64,000 nucleotides of DNA from Calditrichia bacterium (GTDB taxonomy: Bacteria; Calditrichota; Calditrichia; JAJRVZ01), in contig CAVZSQ010000022.1 in assembly GCA_963777955.1 (NCBI GenBank), positions 1 through 64,000 of the forward strand, read 5' to 3'. Position 1 is the first letter of the stretch. Every line of letters begins with the position of its first letter. Made by a program: the position numbers and the translations under genes. This document shows, piece after piece, positions 45,661 through 55,881 of the stretch. A model generated the notes under the pieces. That model was not told where the DNA came from, did not search any database, and was given only the letters and a program-made list of their open reading frames with translations.

Positions 45661-46135
45661 ATGGCCACGCTTGAAGGCCCACGGGATCGGCGTCGCCCCG
45701 CCGGCCGGCTGGGACGCCCAGATCTACTCCCGCAGCGCCGATCCCCGGATCATGACGCCGCAGGGTGTCAGCGAGATCGTGCCGCCGATCGCCCACGTCG
45801 CCAACTTCGCCCTGCCGCCCGTCCGCGGCGACTTCGGCGGTGGCGCGGTGGAGCTGATGGAATCGGGCGCGGTGTTCATCGCGCTGCTCGAGCACGACGC
45901 CGCCGAGGCCGACACCGCGCTGTTCGTGGGCAAGAGCATCCCGTGGCCGCTGAAGGCCGACGACTTCGACCCCAACAACCTGCAGCGTGGCATCGGCGGG
46001 CAGGCCGGGTGCCAGCGGTTCTTCCTCGTGAACGGCCGGCCGTTCTGCCTCTACGTCGTGATCGGCAGCCACCGCCTCCGGCACGTGCTCGTCCGCGAGG
46101 TCAACGCCGCGCTGGCGGCCGTCACCTTCGACTGA
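45661..46135 (+). CDS. Hypothetical protein, last gene of the Mau-like operon (apparent +1 indel near the start)
   Basis: RBS GAGGA 8 bp after the previous stop; PPAGWDAQI...HVANFALPPVRGDFGGGAVE...GQAGCQRFF..NGRPFCLYVVIGS. Confidence 0.7.
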
Positions 46136-46224
46136 GCGGCCGGCCCGGGGAGTCCCTCGGGCGTGGAGTCGCGGACCTTCGGCCAGGGTCGGCCCCGGAG
46201 GGCCGGGGCTACCCTTCGCGGCCC

Positions 46225-48145
46225 ATGGGCACCTTCGACGAGGTCTACGACCGGAGCATCGCCGACCCGGAGGGGTTCTGGGGCGAGGCCGCCACGGCCA
46301 TCCACTGGGACACGACCGCCGGCCACGGTGCTCGACGCGAGCAACCCGCCCTTCTACCGGTGGTTCCCGGACGGCGAGCTCAACACCTGCTTCAACGCCC
46401 TCGACCGCGGTCGACGGCGGGACGGCGTCGACGAGCTGCGGGCGACCAGGCCGGCGCTGATCTACGACACCCCGGTCACCGGCACGGTGCACGACCTACA
46501 CCTACCGCGAGCTGCGCGACGAGTCGCCCGCTTCGCCGGCGCGCTGCGCGGCGCTCGGCGTCGGCAAGGGCGACCGCGTCGTCATCTACATGCCGATGGT
46601 GCCCGAGGCCGTCATCGCGATGCTGGCCTGCGCCCGGCTCGGCGCCGTGCACTCGGTGGTGTTCGGCGGCTTCGCCGCCCACGAGCTCGCCGTCCGCATC
46701 GACGACGCCCGGCCCACGGTCGTCGTCTCGGCGTCGCTGCGGCATCGAGGGCACGCAGGTCGTCGAGTACAAGCCGATGCTCGACCGGCGCCTCGACCTC
46801 GCCGAGCACGAGCCCGCCGAGCACTGCGTCATCCTGCAGCGCCCGCAGGTCGCGGCCACGCTGGTCGCGGGCCGCGACCTCGACTGGGCCGAGGCCGTGG
46901 CGGCCGCCGAGCCCGTCGACCCGTGCGTCCCGGTCGCGGCCACCGACCCGCTCTACGTGCTCTACACCTCGGGCACCACCGGCAAGCCCAAGGGCGTCGT
47001 CCGCGACAACGGCGGCCACGCCGTCGCGCTGCGCTGGACCATGCCGCAACATCTACGACATCGCAGCCCGGCGACGTGTTCTGGGCCGCCTCCGACGTCG
47101 GCTGGGTCGTCGGCCACTCCTACATCGTCTACGCGCCCGCTGCTGCTCGGGCGCGACGACCGTGCTCTACGAGGGCAAGCCGGTCGGCACGCCCGACGCC
47201 GGGCGCGTTCTGGCGGGTGGCCGCCGAGCACGGGGTGAAGGTGCTGTTCACCGCGCCGACCGCGTTCCGGGCGATCAAGAAGGAGGACCCCGAGGGCGCC
47301 CACCTCGCCGGCCACGACCTGTCGGCGCTGCAGACGCTGTTCCTGGCCGGCGAGCGACTCGACCCCGACACCTACCACTGGGCCGTCGACCAGCTCGGCA
47401 TCCCGGTGATCGACCACTGGTGGCAGACCGAGACCGGCTGGCCGATCGCCGCCAACCTGCATGGGCATCGAGCGCGCTGCCGGTCAAGCCGGGCTCGCCG
47501 ACCGTGCCGGTGCCCGGCTACGACGTGCGAGATCCTCGACGCGACGGGGCGCCGAGGTGCGAGCCGCGGCGACGAGGGCTCGATCGTGCATCAGGCTGCC
47601 GCTGCCGCCCGGCACGCTGCCGACGCTGTGGGGCGACGACGACCGCTACGTCGCGTCGTACCTGTCGACGCTTCGCCGGCTACTACCTCACCGGCGACGG
47701 CGGCTACGTCGACGACGACGGCTACCTGTTCGTGATGGGCCGCACCGACGACGTCATCAACGTCGCCGGGCACCGGCTGTCGACCGGGGCGATGGAGGCG
47801 GTGCTCGCCACCCATCCCGCCGTCGCCGAGTGCGCGGTGATCGGCGTCGCCGACGAGCTCAAGGGCCAGGTGCCGCGCGGGCTTCGTCGTGCTCAAGGCC
47901 GGCGTCGACGTCGAGCCGACGGGCTCGCAGGCCGAGCTGGTGCCGATGGTGCGCGACGAGATCGGCGCGGTGGCGTCGCTTCAAGCGGGTCGACGTCGTG
48001 GCCGCGCCTGCCGAAGACCCGCTCGGGCAAGATCCTGCGCAAGACCATGCGCGGCATCGCCGACGGCCGCGACGAGCCGGTGCCGTCGACCATCGAGGAC
48101 CCCGCCGTGCTCGACGAGATCGGCGACGCCCTCGGCCGCCCCTGA
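46225..48145 (+). CDS. prpE: Propionyl-/acetyl-CoA synthetase (multiple frameshifts)
   Basis: WFPDGELNTCFNALDR, YTSGTTGKPKGVVRD, DHWWQTETGW, GRTDDVINVAGHRLSTG, LPKTRSGKILR. Confidence 0.88.
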
Positions 48146-48224
48146 CCGGCCGCCCCCCGCGTTCTGGTGGAGGTTCCGCGTCACCTGATGACGCGAGGAG
48201 CTCCACCAGAACGGGGTGGGTCGG
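48146..48224. repeat. Long palindromic REP-like hairpin / bidirectional terminator between convergent genes
   Basis: CGTTCTGGTGGAG...CGCGTCA-loop-TGACGCG...CTCCACCAGAACG. Confidence 0.7.
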
Positions 48225-48238
48225 GTGACCCGGGAGGG

Positions 48239-48664
48239 TCAGGCCAGGGAGGCCTCGAGGGTGATGGTGGTGCCGGTGAGGGCCTTGCTCACCGGGCAGC
48301 CGACCTTGGCCTCGTCGGCCATGCGCAGGAAGTCGGCCTCGTCGATGCCGGGCACGGTGCCGACGACGGTGAGGTGGATGCCGGTGATGCCCTCGCCGGG
48401 CTGGAAGGTGACGGCGGCCGAGACGGCGAGCTTCTCGGGGGCGTGGTCGGCCTTGGCCAGGGCGTTGGAGAACGCCATCGAGTAGCAGCTCGAGTGGGCC
48501 GCGGCGATGAGCTCCTCGGGGCTGGTGCGGCCGTTGGGCTCCTCGGAGCGCGACGGCCAGTTGACGTCGAACGTGCCGAGGCCGGACGACTCGAGCGTCA
48601 CCTGCCCCGAGCCCTCGAGCAGGCTGCCGGACCAGTTCGTGGTGGCGTTGCGAGTGGTGGCCAT
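48239..48664 (-). CDS. osmC: OsmC family peroxiredoxin
   Basis: WSGSLLEGSG...TSPEELIAAAHSSCYSMA...AKVGCPVSKAL. Confidence 0.92.
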   Translation of the reverse strand: MATTRNATTNWSGSLLEGSGQVTLESSGLGTFDVNWPSRSEEPNGRTSPEELIAAAHSSCYSMAFSNALAKADHAPEKLAVSAAVTFQPGEGITGIHLTVVGTVPGIDEADFLRMADEAKVGCPVSKALTGTTITLEASLA

Positions 48665-48750
48665 GGATGGTTCCTCCTGGAAGACGGTTCGTCGGTGAGC
48701 CCGGCGATCCTGGCACGGTCGGGGCGGTGGTGCTCGGCCCGCCGGCTCGT

Positions 48751-49264
48751 TCAGGAGAACGGGCGGACGCCGGCGTCGGCCAGCGCCGCCCACGCGAACC
48801 CGATGAGCAGCACGGCCTGGGGGGTGAGCAGGCAGAGCCGGTAGGTGGCCGGTCGGGCCGGGTCGTCGCGCAGGGTGAGGACGACCCGCGCTCGGCGGCG
48901 AGCAGCAGGGCGATGCCCTGGGCGGCCACGATGGCGGCCTGGGCGGTCACGCCCCACCGCCAACCGACGGCGGCGATCGCCATGAGCCCGAGGCCGAAGG
49001 CGGCGAAGCCCTGGTCGAGCGTGGGCGGGGCGAGCGCCAGGGGCCCGGCGTCGTGCGTCGGTCGGCTCGGGGTCGCTCGCCGTCCGGCGGTGGCCGAGCA
49101 ACGCGGCCACGAGGCGTGAGCAGCCCGGTGACACCGACCGAGAACAGCGCCACCGGGAGGATGGCGTCGACCGGCGACTGGGTGCCGAGCTGGTTGAAGC
49201 CCACCACGAAGCCGAAGGCCATCACCGCGTCGGTGACCAGCACCGCCACCGCGGCGGCCTTCAT
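48751..49264 (-). CDS. Hypothetical membrane protein (frameshifted)
   Basis: Hydrophobic segments; ATGA-coupled to the gatD stop. Confidence 0.55.
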
Positions 49265-50063
49265 GAGCGCCGGAGCAGGTCTCGCCACGAACGTCGCGGC
49301 GCCAGCTCGTGGGAGCGGGCCGCCCGGAGGCGCTCGGTGCGCAGGTCGTCGACCTCGTGGTCGTCGAGCGGCGTCAGGGCCTCGGCGCCGACGACCCAGC
49401 CGAGCAGCAGGTCGGCGAGGCGCGGGTTGCGGGCGAGCACGGGACCGTGCAGGTAGGTGCCGACGACCCGGCCGCACACCACGCCCTCGCTGCCGTCGCC
49501 GTTGCCCTCGCCGATCTCGACCGCCGCCAGGGTGGTGCTGCCGGGCCCGGGCACCGTGCGCCCGGCGTGGTTCTCGAAGCCGGTGAGCACGCCGAGGTCG
49601 ATGGTGGCGCCGGGAGGGCCGTCGGGATCGGGGACCGAGGCCTCGGTGGTGAGCAGCTCGCCGACGGCCCGGGGGCGGTCGACCCGGACGGTGTCGCAGT
49701 CGAGCAGGCCGAGCCCGGGCCGGTCGGCGCCGGTGGCGTCGGGGAAGCGGTGGCCGAGGATCTGCATGCCGGCGCAGACCGCCAGCACCACCGCGCCGCG
49801 GTCGACGGCGCGGTGCAGGGCCCGGCTCTCGGCCAGCTCGCGGGTGGCCTGGACCTGCGGGCCGTCCTCGCCGCCGCCGACGAGGTAGAGGTCGCACGAG
49901 TCGGGGGCGGCCTCGCCGGCGGCGACGGTGACGACGTCGACGCCGAGGCCCCGCCAGGCGAGGCGCTGGGCGAGCACGAGGGCGTTGCCGCCGTCGCCGT
50001 AGGTGCCGAGCAGGTCGGGGAAGAGCACGCCGAGGCGCACGGCGGACTCGCGGGCGCGCTCAC
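49261..50063 (-). CDS. gatD: GatD / CobQ-like type 1 glutamine amidotransferase
   Basis: LFPDLLGTYGDGGN, GGGED, VCAGMQILG, GFENH, GTYLHGPVLARNP. Confidence 0.9.
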
Positions 50064-51352
50064 CGGGGCCCTCCGACGAGGTCGAGGTACTCCTGGAAGG
50101 CGGTGTAGTTGGCGGCCACGTCGACGACCGCGCCGGGCTCGTGGCCGGGGGCGGCGGCGGCCCGGCGGACGGCCTCGGTGACCTCGGCGACGGTGACGTG
50201 CTCGACGCCGGCGTAGCGGAGGCGCACGGCCAGGTCGTGGCGGCGCTCGCCGGTGGCCACCACGAGGCGGCCGGCGAGGCGCTCGTAGGCGACGTCCCAG
50301 AGCCACGACGGGTCGTGGCCGTCGGCGATGCGGGCGTTGATGGCCACGACCACCGGCGCCGGGCGCGGGCGTGATGAGGTCGAGGGCCTCGTGCCACCCG
50401 GCCGGGTTCTTGGCCAGCAGCAGCCGCACCGGGCAGCCCGGCGAGCGAGGCGACCCGGTACCGGCCGGCGACCTCGTTCACCGCACCGGCGGCGGCCGCC
50501 GCCCGCGTGGGGTCGGCGCCCAGCGCCGTGGCGGCGGCCAGGGCGAAGGCGGCGTTGACCCGGTTCACCCGGCCGGGCAGGCCGAGGTCGAGCGGCACCC
50601 GCCCGCCGGGGAGCACCACGCCGCCCCTCCATCGTCATCTCGTCGATGGTGACGTCGGGGGTGGGGCGGGCGAGGTCGCAGCCGGTGCAGCGCCAGGCGC
50701 CGGGCTCGAAGGCGATGCGGCCCGAGCAGTTCGGGCAGCCGGCGGCGTCGGAGTTCCAGTCCTGGCCGGTGGCCACCCAGATGACCTCGGGCGCGGCCGA
50801 GGCCGCCCACGTGACCAGCGGGTCGTCGGCGTTGGCCACGACCCGGGCCGGCGGCGTGGCGGTGAGGGCCCGGCGCCAGCGCTCGGCCAGCTTGCGCACC
50901 TCCTGGGTGCGGTCGAGCTGGTCGCGGCTGAGGTTCAGCAGCACCACCGTGCCGGCGCCGGTGGCGGCGAGCACGTCCTCGACCCACCGCTCGTCGACCT
51001 CGAGCACCGCGGTGGCGGCGGGGTCGGCCACGCCGAGGGCGGCGACGATGCCGGGGGTCATGTTGGCGCCGAGGGAGTTGGAGACCACCGGTCGGTCGGT
51101 GCCGAGGGCGGCGCCGATGAGGCGGGTGGTCGTGGTCTTCCCGTTGGTGGCGCTCACGATCACGACCTCGCGGTCGCGGGTGAGCTGGCGCAGCAGGTCG
51201 CCGTCGACGAGCAGGGCGGCACGGCCGCCGATCACGCTGCCCGAGCCGAAGTGCACGAGCTTGGAGGCCCCGGCGACGGCCCGACCGGTGGCGACGGCGA
51301 GCCGGGCCCGGGTCGGCAGGCCGGTCGTGGGGGAGGGGTGAGCGGGTGACAC
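50060..51352 (-). CDS. murT: MurT lipid II isoglutaminyl synthase subunit (Mur ligase + DUF1727), frameshifted
   Basis: SATNGKTTT, LEVDE, LNLSRDQLDR, NADDP, CPNC...CTGC, LAKNPAG, ADGHDPSWLWD, NYTAF. Confidence 0.9.
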   Translation of the reverse strand: MSPAHPSPTTGLPTRARLAVATGRAVAGASKLVHFGSGSVIGGRAALLVDGDLLRQLTRDREVVIVSATNGKTTTTRLIGAALGTDRPVVSNSLGANMTPGIVAALGVADPAATAVLEVDERWVEDVLAATGAGTVVLLNLSRDQLDRTQEVRKLAERWRRALTATPPARVVANADDPLVTWAASAAPEVIWVATGQDWNSDAAGCPNCSGRIAFEPGAWRCTGCDLARPTPDVTIDEMTMEGRRGAPRRAGAARPRPARPGEPGQRRLRPGRRHGAGRRPHAGGGRRRCGERGRRPVPGRLARRAARCGCCWPRTRPGGTRPSTSSRPRPAPVVVAINARIADGHDPSWLWDVAYERLAGRLVVATGERRHDLAVRLRYAGVEHVTVAEVTEAVRRAAAAPGHEPGAVVDVAANYTAFQEYLDLVGGPR

Positions 51353-51401
51353 GACGAGGCGGATGCTACCGGCGACCGGTGGCCCGGTAGGTTGCCCCCC
51401 T

Positions 51402-52115
51402 GTGACGGGAACAGCGAGCAGCGGTGCCGCCGAGGGCGGACCGAAGCGCATCTGGCTGGTGGCGGTGCTGTTCGGGCTGGTCTCCTCGGCGATCCTGGCG
51501 ACCATCGTCATCCTGGCGACGCGTTCGTCGACGACCGAGACCGACCCCCGCCCGACGGTGGCCATCGTCGGCGACTCCATCACCGAGCAGGGCGAGTCGG
51601 CCCTGGAGCAGGTGCTGTCCGACGACTGGCGGCTGAGCATCGACGGTCGGTCGGGCTTCACCGTCGCCGAGCAGCTCCCCGCGGCGCGCACGCTCGGCGA
51701 GCGGGGGCCGAGCCAGGTCATCGTGAACCTCGGCACCAACGACGTGCTGAAGGGGAACGACCTGACGCAGTCGGCCGCCGACCTCGCCGAGGTCGTGGCC
51801 GCGTTCCCGGCGGCGACGTGCATCCACCTCGTCACGATCAACGAGGGCATCGAGATGGCGGGACGCTCCTACGCCGATCGCTCGGCCGAGCTGAACCGGT
51901 CGATCGTCGCGCTGGCCGCCACCGATCCGAGGGTCGACGTGATCGACTGGTCGGCGGTGGTGGCCGCCTACGAGGCCGGTGACCAGGCCGACGGCCCGAT
52001 CCTCACCGACACCGTGCATCCCTCGCCCCGGGGCCAGCTGGCGCTGGCGCTGCACTACGCCGAGGCGCTCGCCGTCGTGCCCGGCCACCCGTTGATCCGG
52101 CGGCGGCCGGCCTGA
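51402..52115 (+). CDS. Membrane-anchored SGNH/GDSL hydrolase
   Basis: VGDSIT, NLGTND, DTVHP and an N-terminal TM. Confidence 0.85.
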   Translation: MTGTASSGAAEGGPKRIWLVAVLFGLVSSAILATIVILATRSSTTETDPRPTVAIVGDSITEQGESALEQVLSDDWRLSIDGRSGFTVAEQLPAARTLGERGPSQVIVNLGTNDVLKGNDLTQSAADLAEVVAAFPAATCIHLVTINEGIEMAGRSYADRSAELNRSIVALAATDPRVDVIDWSAVVAAYEAGDQADGPILTDTVHPSPRGQLALALHYAEALAVVPGHPLIRRRPA

Positions 52116-52139
52116 CAGTCCGACCGGCCTGGTCGTCGG

Positions 52140-52470
52140 TCAGGTGGCGCCCGACGCGGCGAGGCGGGCGGACTGCTCGGGGTGCACGCTCTCGTAGGGC
52201 ATCGGCCGGGCGGCGAGGCCGAGGCTGTGGGCCATGGCGATCACCGACCGGACGATGGTCGTGTCGTCGTGGCTGGCGCCGAGGCCGATCTCCTCGGCCA
52301 CGGCGAGGAAGCGGTCGGGGGAGAGCAGCCGCTCACCCGGGCGGTTCCACGCCAGGAGGGCTTCGTCGCCGAGCGGGCGGAGGTCGTCGACGGCGTACTG
52401 AGGCCGGAGGTAGAGGGAGAGCTCGTCGTGGGCGATGGCGTGACGCAGCCCAGCCTCGAGTCGGAGGATC
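52140..52470 (-). pseudogene. Internally deleted EAL-domain remnant
   Basis: LEAGLRHAIAHDELSLYLRPQ...EALLAW...SPDRFLAVAEEIGL jumps directly to DDTTIVRSVIAMAHSLGL; the central EAL region is absent. Confidence 0.65.
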
Positions 52471-52499
52471 CAGCGGGGCTCAGCGGACGGGGAAGATGC

Positions 52500-53035
52500 C
52501 TGCGGCGAGCAGCAGGTCACCGTGCGCGTCGTCGAGAGCAGCTCGACCCGCACGTGGTCGAGCAGCCCTCGGCAGGCCGCCTCGATCAGGTCGTAGACGA
52601 CCACGAAGCCGTCGTCGCCGCCGGCCCACGGGTCGGGGACCTCGCCGCCCCAGCGGTCGTCGGGCCCGAGGGCGGGATCGAACTCGCGGAGCAGTCGCAG
52701 CCGGGGGTGCAGCTCGGGGTCGGTGCGGTCGCGCAGGTCGGCCAGGTTGGAGCGGTCCATGGCGAGCACCAGGTCGTAGGCCGAGGGCGTCGCCGGGCAT
52801 GAACGTGGCCGCCCGTGAGGTGAGCTCGACACCCCGTCGCGGGCCTCGGCCCTCGCCCGCGCATCGGGCAGCTCGCCCCGGTGCCAGCTCCCGGTGCCGG
52901 CGCTGTCGACGATCGACGCGGCCGTCGAGGCCGGCCTCGGACACCAGCGCGGCCATCACGCCCTCGGCGGTCGGGGACCGGCAGATGTTGCCCAGGCAGA
53001 CGAAGCACAGGCTCACGGGATCGGGGTTCCGGCAT
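52500..53035 (-). CDS. Low-molecular-weight protein-tyrosine phosphatase (frameshifted; 3' end uncertain)
   Basis: FVCLGNICRSPTAE, YDLVLAMD, EVPDPW. Confidence 0.9.
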
Positions 53036-53091
53036 GGGTGGAGTCTGCCGGGCGACGGGGCGCCGCGAGCCATCGACCTACGCTCGCGACG

Positions 53092-54500
53092 GTGGACGAC
53101 CACCATCCGGTCCGGTACGTCGACCGGCACGTCGGCGAGAAGCCGCTGCAGCGCACGGCCGGCGATGGCCGCGCTCGTGCTGGGCGCGGCCGGCCTCGTG
53201 CTGCTCGTGTGGTTCGGCTTCGACAACCTCGGCTACCTGCTGGTGCTGCTCGCCGCCGCGGCCCTGTTGCTGTTCGCCGGGTTCGCCGCCCTCACCTCGA
53301 CCGGCGCGATGCGGCTGATGGCGGTGGTCGCGACCCTCGTCGGCCGTCGGCGTCCTCGTGGCCGCCACCGCCATCCGCTTCGCGTCGCTCGGCCACGTCC
53401 GCGGCACCGGTCTCGCCGCCCTGCTGTGCCTCGTCGTCGCGGTGGCCTGTGGCCGGTACGCGCTGCGGGTGCCGCCGCCGAGCGGCGACGCCGTGTGGGC
53501 GGTGCCCTCCCGCGGGCCGACCACCCGGCACGGGGTCGTCATCGCCAACCCGGCGTCGGGCGGCGGCAAGGTCGGGTCGTGCGGGCTCGAGGAGGTCGCC
53601 CGTGAGCACGGCATCGAGGTGGTGGTATGGAGAAGGGCGACGACCCCGCCGACCTGGCCCACGACGCGGTCCGGCGAGGGGCCGACGCCCTCGGCATGGC
53701 GGGCGGCGACGGGTCGCTCGCCCAGGTGGCCCAGGTCGCGCGTCGACCACGACCTCCCGTTCGTCGTCGTCCCGGCCGGCACCCGCAACCACTACGCCCT
53801 CGACCTCGGCCTCGACCGCGAACGACCCCACCCTCGCCCTCGCCGCGTTCGTCCGGGGCGACGAGCACCGGGTCGACTACGCCACGGTCAACGGCCGCAT
53901 GTTCCTCAACAACGTCTCGCTCGGCGTCTACGCCGCCGCCGTCGAGCAGCCCGAGTACCGCGACGCCAAGCTCGAGACCACCCTGAAGCTCCTGCCCGAC
54001 CTGGTGGAGAAGGGCGGCCCGTGCTTCGACCTGCACGATCGACGTGCCCGAGCACGGCCGCTGGGAGACCGCGGCGCTCATCCAGGTCTCCAACGGCGTG
54101 TACGAGATGGCCGGCAGCGCGTTCGGTCGCCGCCTCCACCTCGACGAGGGCGAGCTCGGCGTCGTGGCCGTCGACATCAGCCACGGCGCCGACCTGGCGG
54201 CCATCACCGTGCTCGCCGCCGCCCGGCACCCCGAGCGCCACGCCGGCGTGTGGCCCTGGTCGACCGACGCGCTCACCATCGGGTCGGGCCAGCGGGAGAT
54301 GGGGGCCGGCGTCGACGGCGAGCACATCGTGCTCGAGCCGCCGCTCGAGTTCCGGGTGGTGCGCCGCGGCCTGCGGGTGCTGGTGCCGCGAGGGCACGGC
54401 GGTCGGCCTGGCCCGCCAGCACCTCGGCAGCACCGGCGGCACCGTGACCGGGCTGCTCGAGGTGGCGTTCAACATCGCCGCCGCCTCCCCGGACGACTAG
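53092..54500 (+). CDS. Diacylglycerol kinase family protein with N-terminal TMs (frameshifted)
   Basis: ANPASGGGK, AGGDGS, VPAGTRNHYALDLG, FLNNVSLG, GVDGE. Confidence 0.85.
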
Positions 54501-54536
54501 ACACACGGCCAGACGACGACGCGGACGACAGGAGCA

Positions 54537-55310
54537 GTGGTGGACGACTTCGGAGGCCGCACCGGCGCGGCGTTGGTCACGGGCGGCAGCGGTGGCATCG
54601 GCGCGGCGATCTGCCGGATGCTGGCCGAGCGGGGCAGCTCCGTGGCGTTCACCTACCGGGCCAACGCCGCCGCGGCCGAGGCGCTCGAGGCCGAGCTGCG
54701 GGCGTTCGGGGTCGACACGTGGTCGACGCCCCTCGACCTCGTCGACGAGGCGGCGGCCGCCGCCGTCGTGCAGGGCACCGTCGAGCGCTTCGGTGGGCTG
54801 CACACGCTCGTGCACGCCGCCGGGCCCCACGTGCCCCAGATCCACCTGAGCCGGGTCGAGCCGTCGGCCTACCGGGCCCAGATCGAGGGCGAGGCCGTCG
54901 GCTTCTTCAACGTCCTGCAGCCGGCCCTTCCCGCCCTGCGCGAGGCGGGCGGCAGCATCGTGGCGGTCACCACCGCCGCCACCCGCCGCTACCCGGTCCG
55001 CGACGGCCTGTCGTCGGGCACCAAGGGAGCGGTCGAAGCGGTCGTGCGGGCCATCGCCGCCGAGGAGGGCCGCTTCGGCATCCGGGCCAACTGCGTGGGC
55101 CCGGGGATGCTCACCGACGGCATGGCGGCCCGGTTGATGGCGTCGGGTGATCTCGACGAGGCCGCCCTCGAGGTCACCACCCGCAACATCCCGCTGCGGC
55201 GCTTCGGCGACGCGGTCGACATCGCCGAGGCGGTCTGCTTCCTCGCCTCCGACCGGGCCGACTTCATCAGCGGCCAGATGCTCGACGTCGACGGCGGCTA
55301 CGGCATCTGA
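54537..55310 (+). CDS. SDR family oxidoreductase with an atypical active site
   Basis: VTGGSGGIG, ANCVGPG, ISGQMLDVDGG; LSSGTK in place of YxxxK. Confidence 0.88.
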   Translation: MVDDFGGRTGAALVTGGSGGIGAAICRMLAERGSSVAFTYRANAAAAEALEAELRAFGVDTWSTPLDLVDEAAAAAVVQGTVERFGGLHTLVHAAGPHVPQIHLSRVEPSAYRAQIEGEAVGFFNVLQPALPALREAGGSIVAVTTAATRRYPVRDGLSSGTKGAVEAVVRAIAAEEGRFGIRANCVGPGMLTDGMAARLMASGDLDEAALEVTTRNIPLRRFGDAVDIAEAVCFLASDRADFISGQMLDVDGGYGI

Positions 55311-55413
55311 GGTCACCCACGGCCCGACGTTCCGGCCACGGTCAGCGCGTGAACAGCTGCTGTTCACGATCCCCTCATGCTTTTCGTGCCCGGATTTCGT
55401 AGGCTCCTGGGCG

Positions 55414-55881
55414 ATGACTCCCCCGGACATGCTCGACGAGCAGGCCGCCGACCGCTCGACCACGCTGCCCACCGGGCCGTCCTGGTCCGATCGGGCCAGC
55501 ACCGACGCCCACCTGCGCACCGAGCTGGTCCACCGGCACCTGGCCACCCGCATCGGTGTCGCCGAGGAGCAGCTCCAGATCCTCGAGGACCACAGCCCCG
55601 CCCCCGAGGTGCTCGTCGCCCGCTTCGGCGCCACGATCACCGACGCCCAGGCCGTGCTCGACCGTGAGCGGGCCGAGGTCGCCGTGCGGGCCGAGCACCG
55701 TCGCCAGGACACCGAGCTGCAGATCTCCGAGCTGCTGGCCAAGGCCCTGGCCGAGGCCACCGCGATCCTCGAGGTGGCCGCCGAGGTGCGGGCCACGACC
55801 GCCACCGCCGCCCGTGGCGCCTGTCGCACGCGGCCGCTGCTCCCGTGGCCCCCGCCGCTGCCGGCGGCCCTCCCGTCGTGA
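55414..55881 (+). CDS. Hypothetical coiled-coil protein
   Basis: Intact Ala/Glu/Arg-rich helical ORF; GTGA overlap with the next gene. Confidence 0.5.
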   Translation: MTPPDMLDEQAADRSTTLPTGPSWSDRASTDAHLRTELVHRHLATRIGVAEEQLQILEDHSPAPEVLVARFGATITDAQAVLDRERAEVAVRAEHRRQDTELQISELLAKALAEATAILEVAAEVRATTATAARGACRTRPLLPWPPPLPAALPS

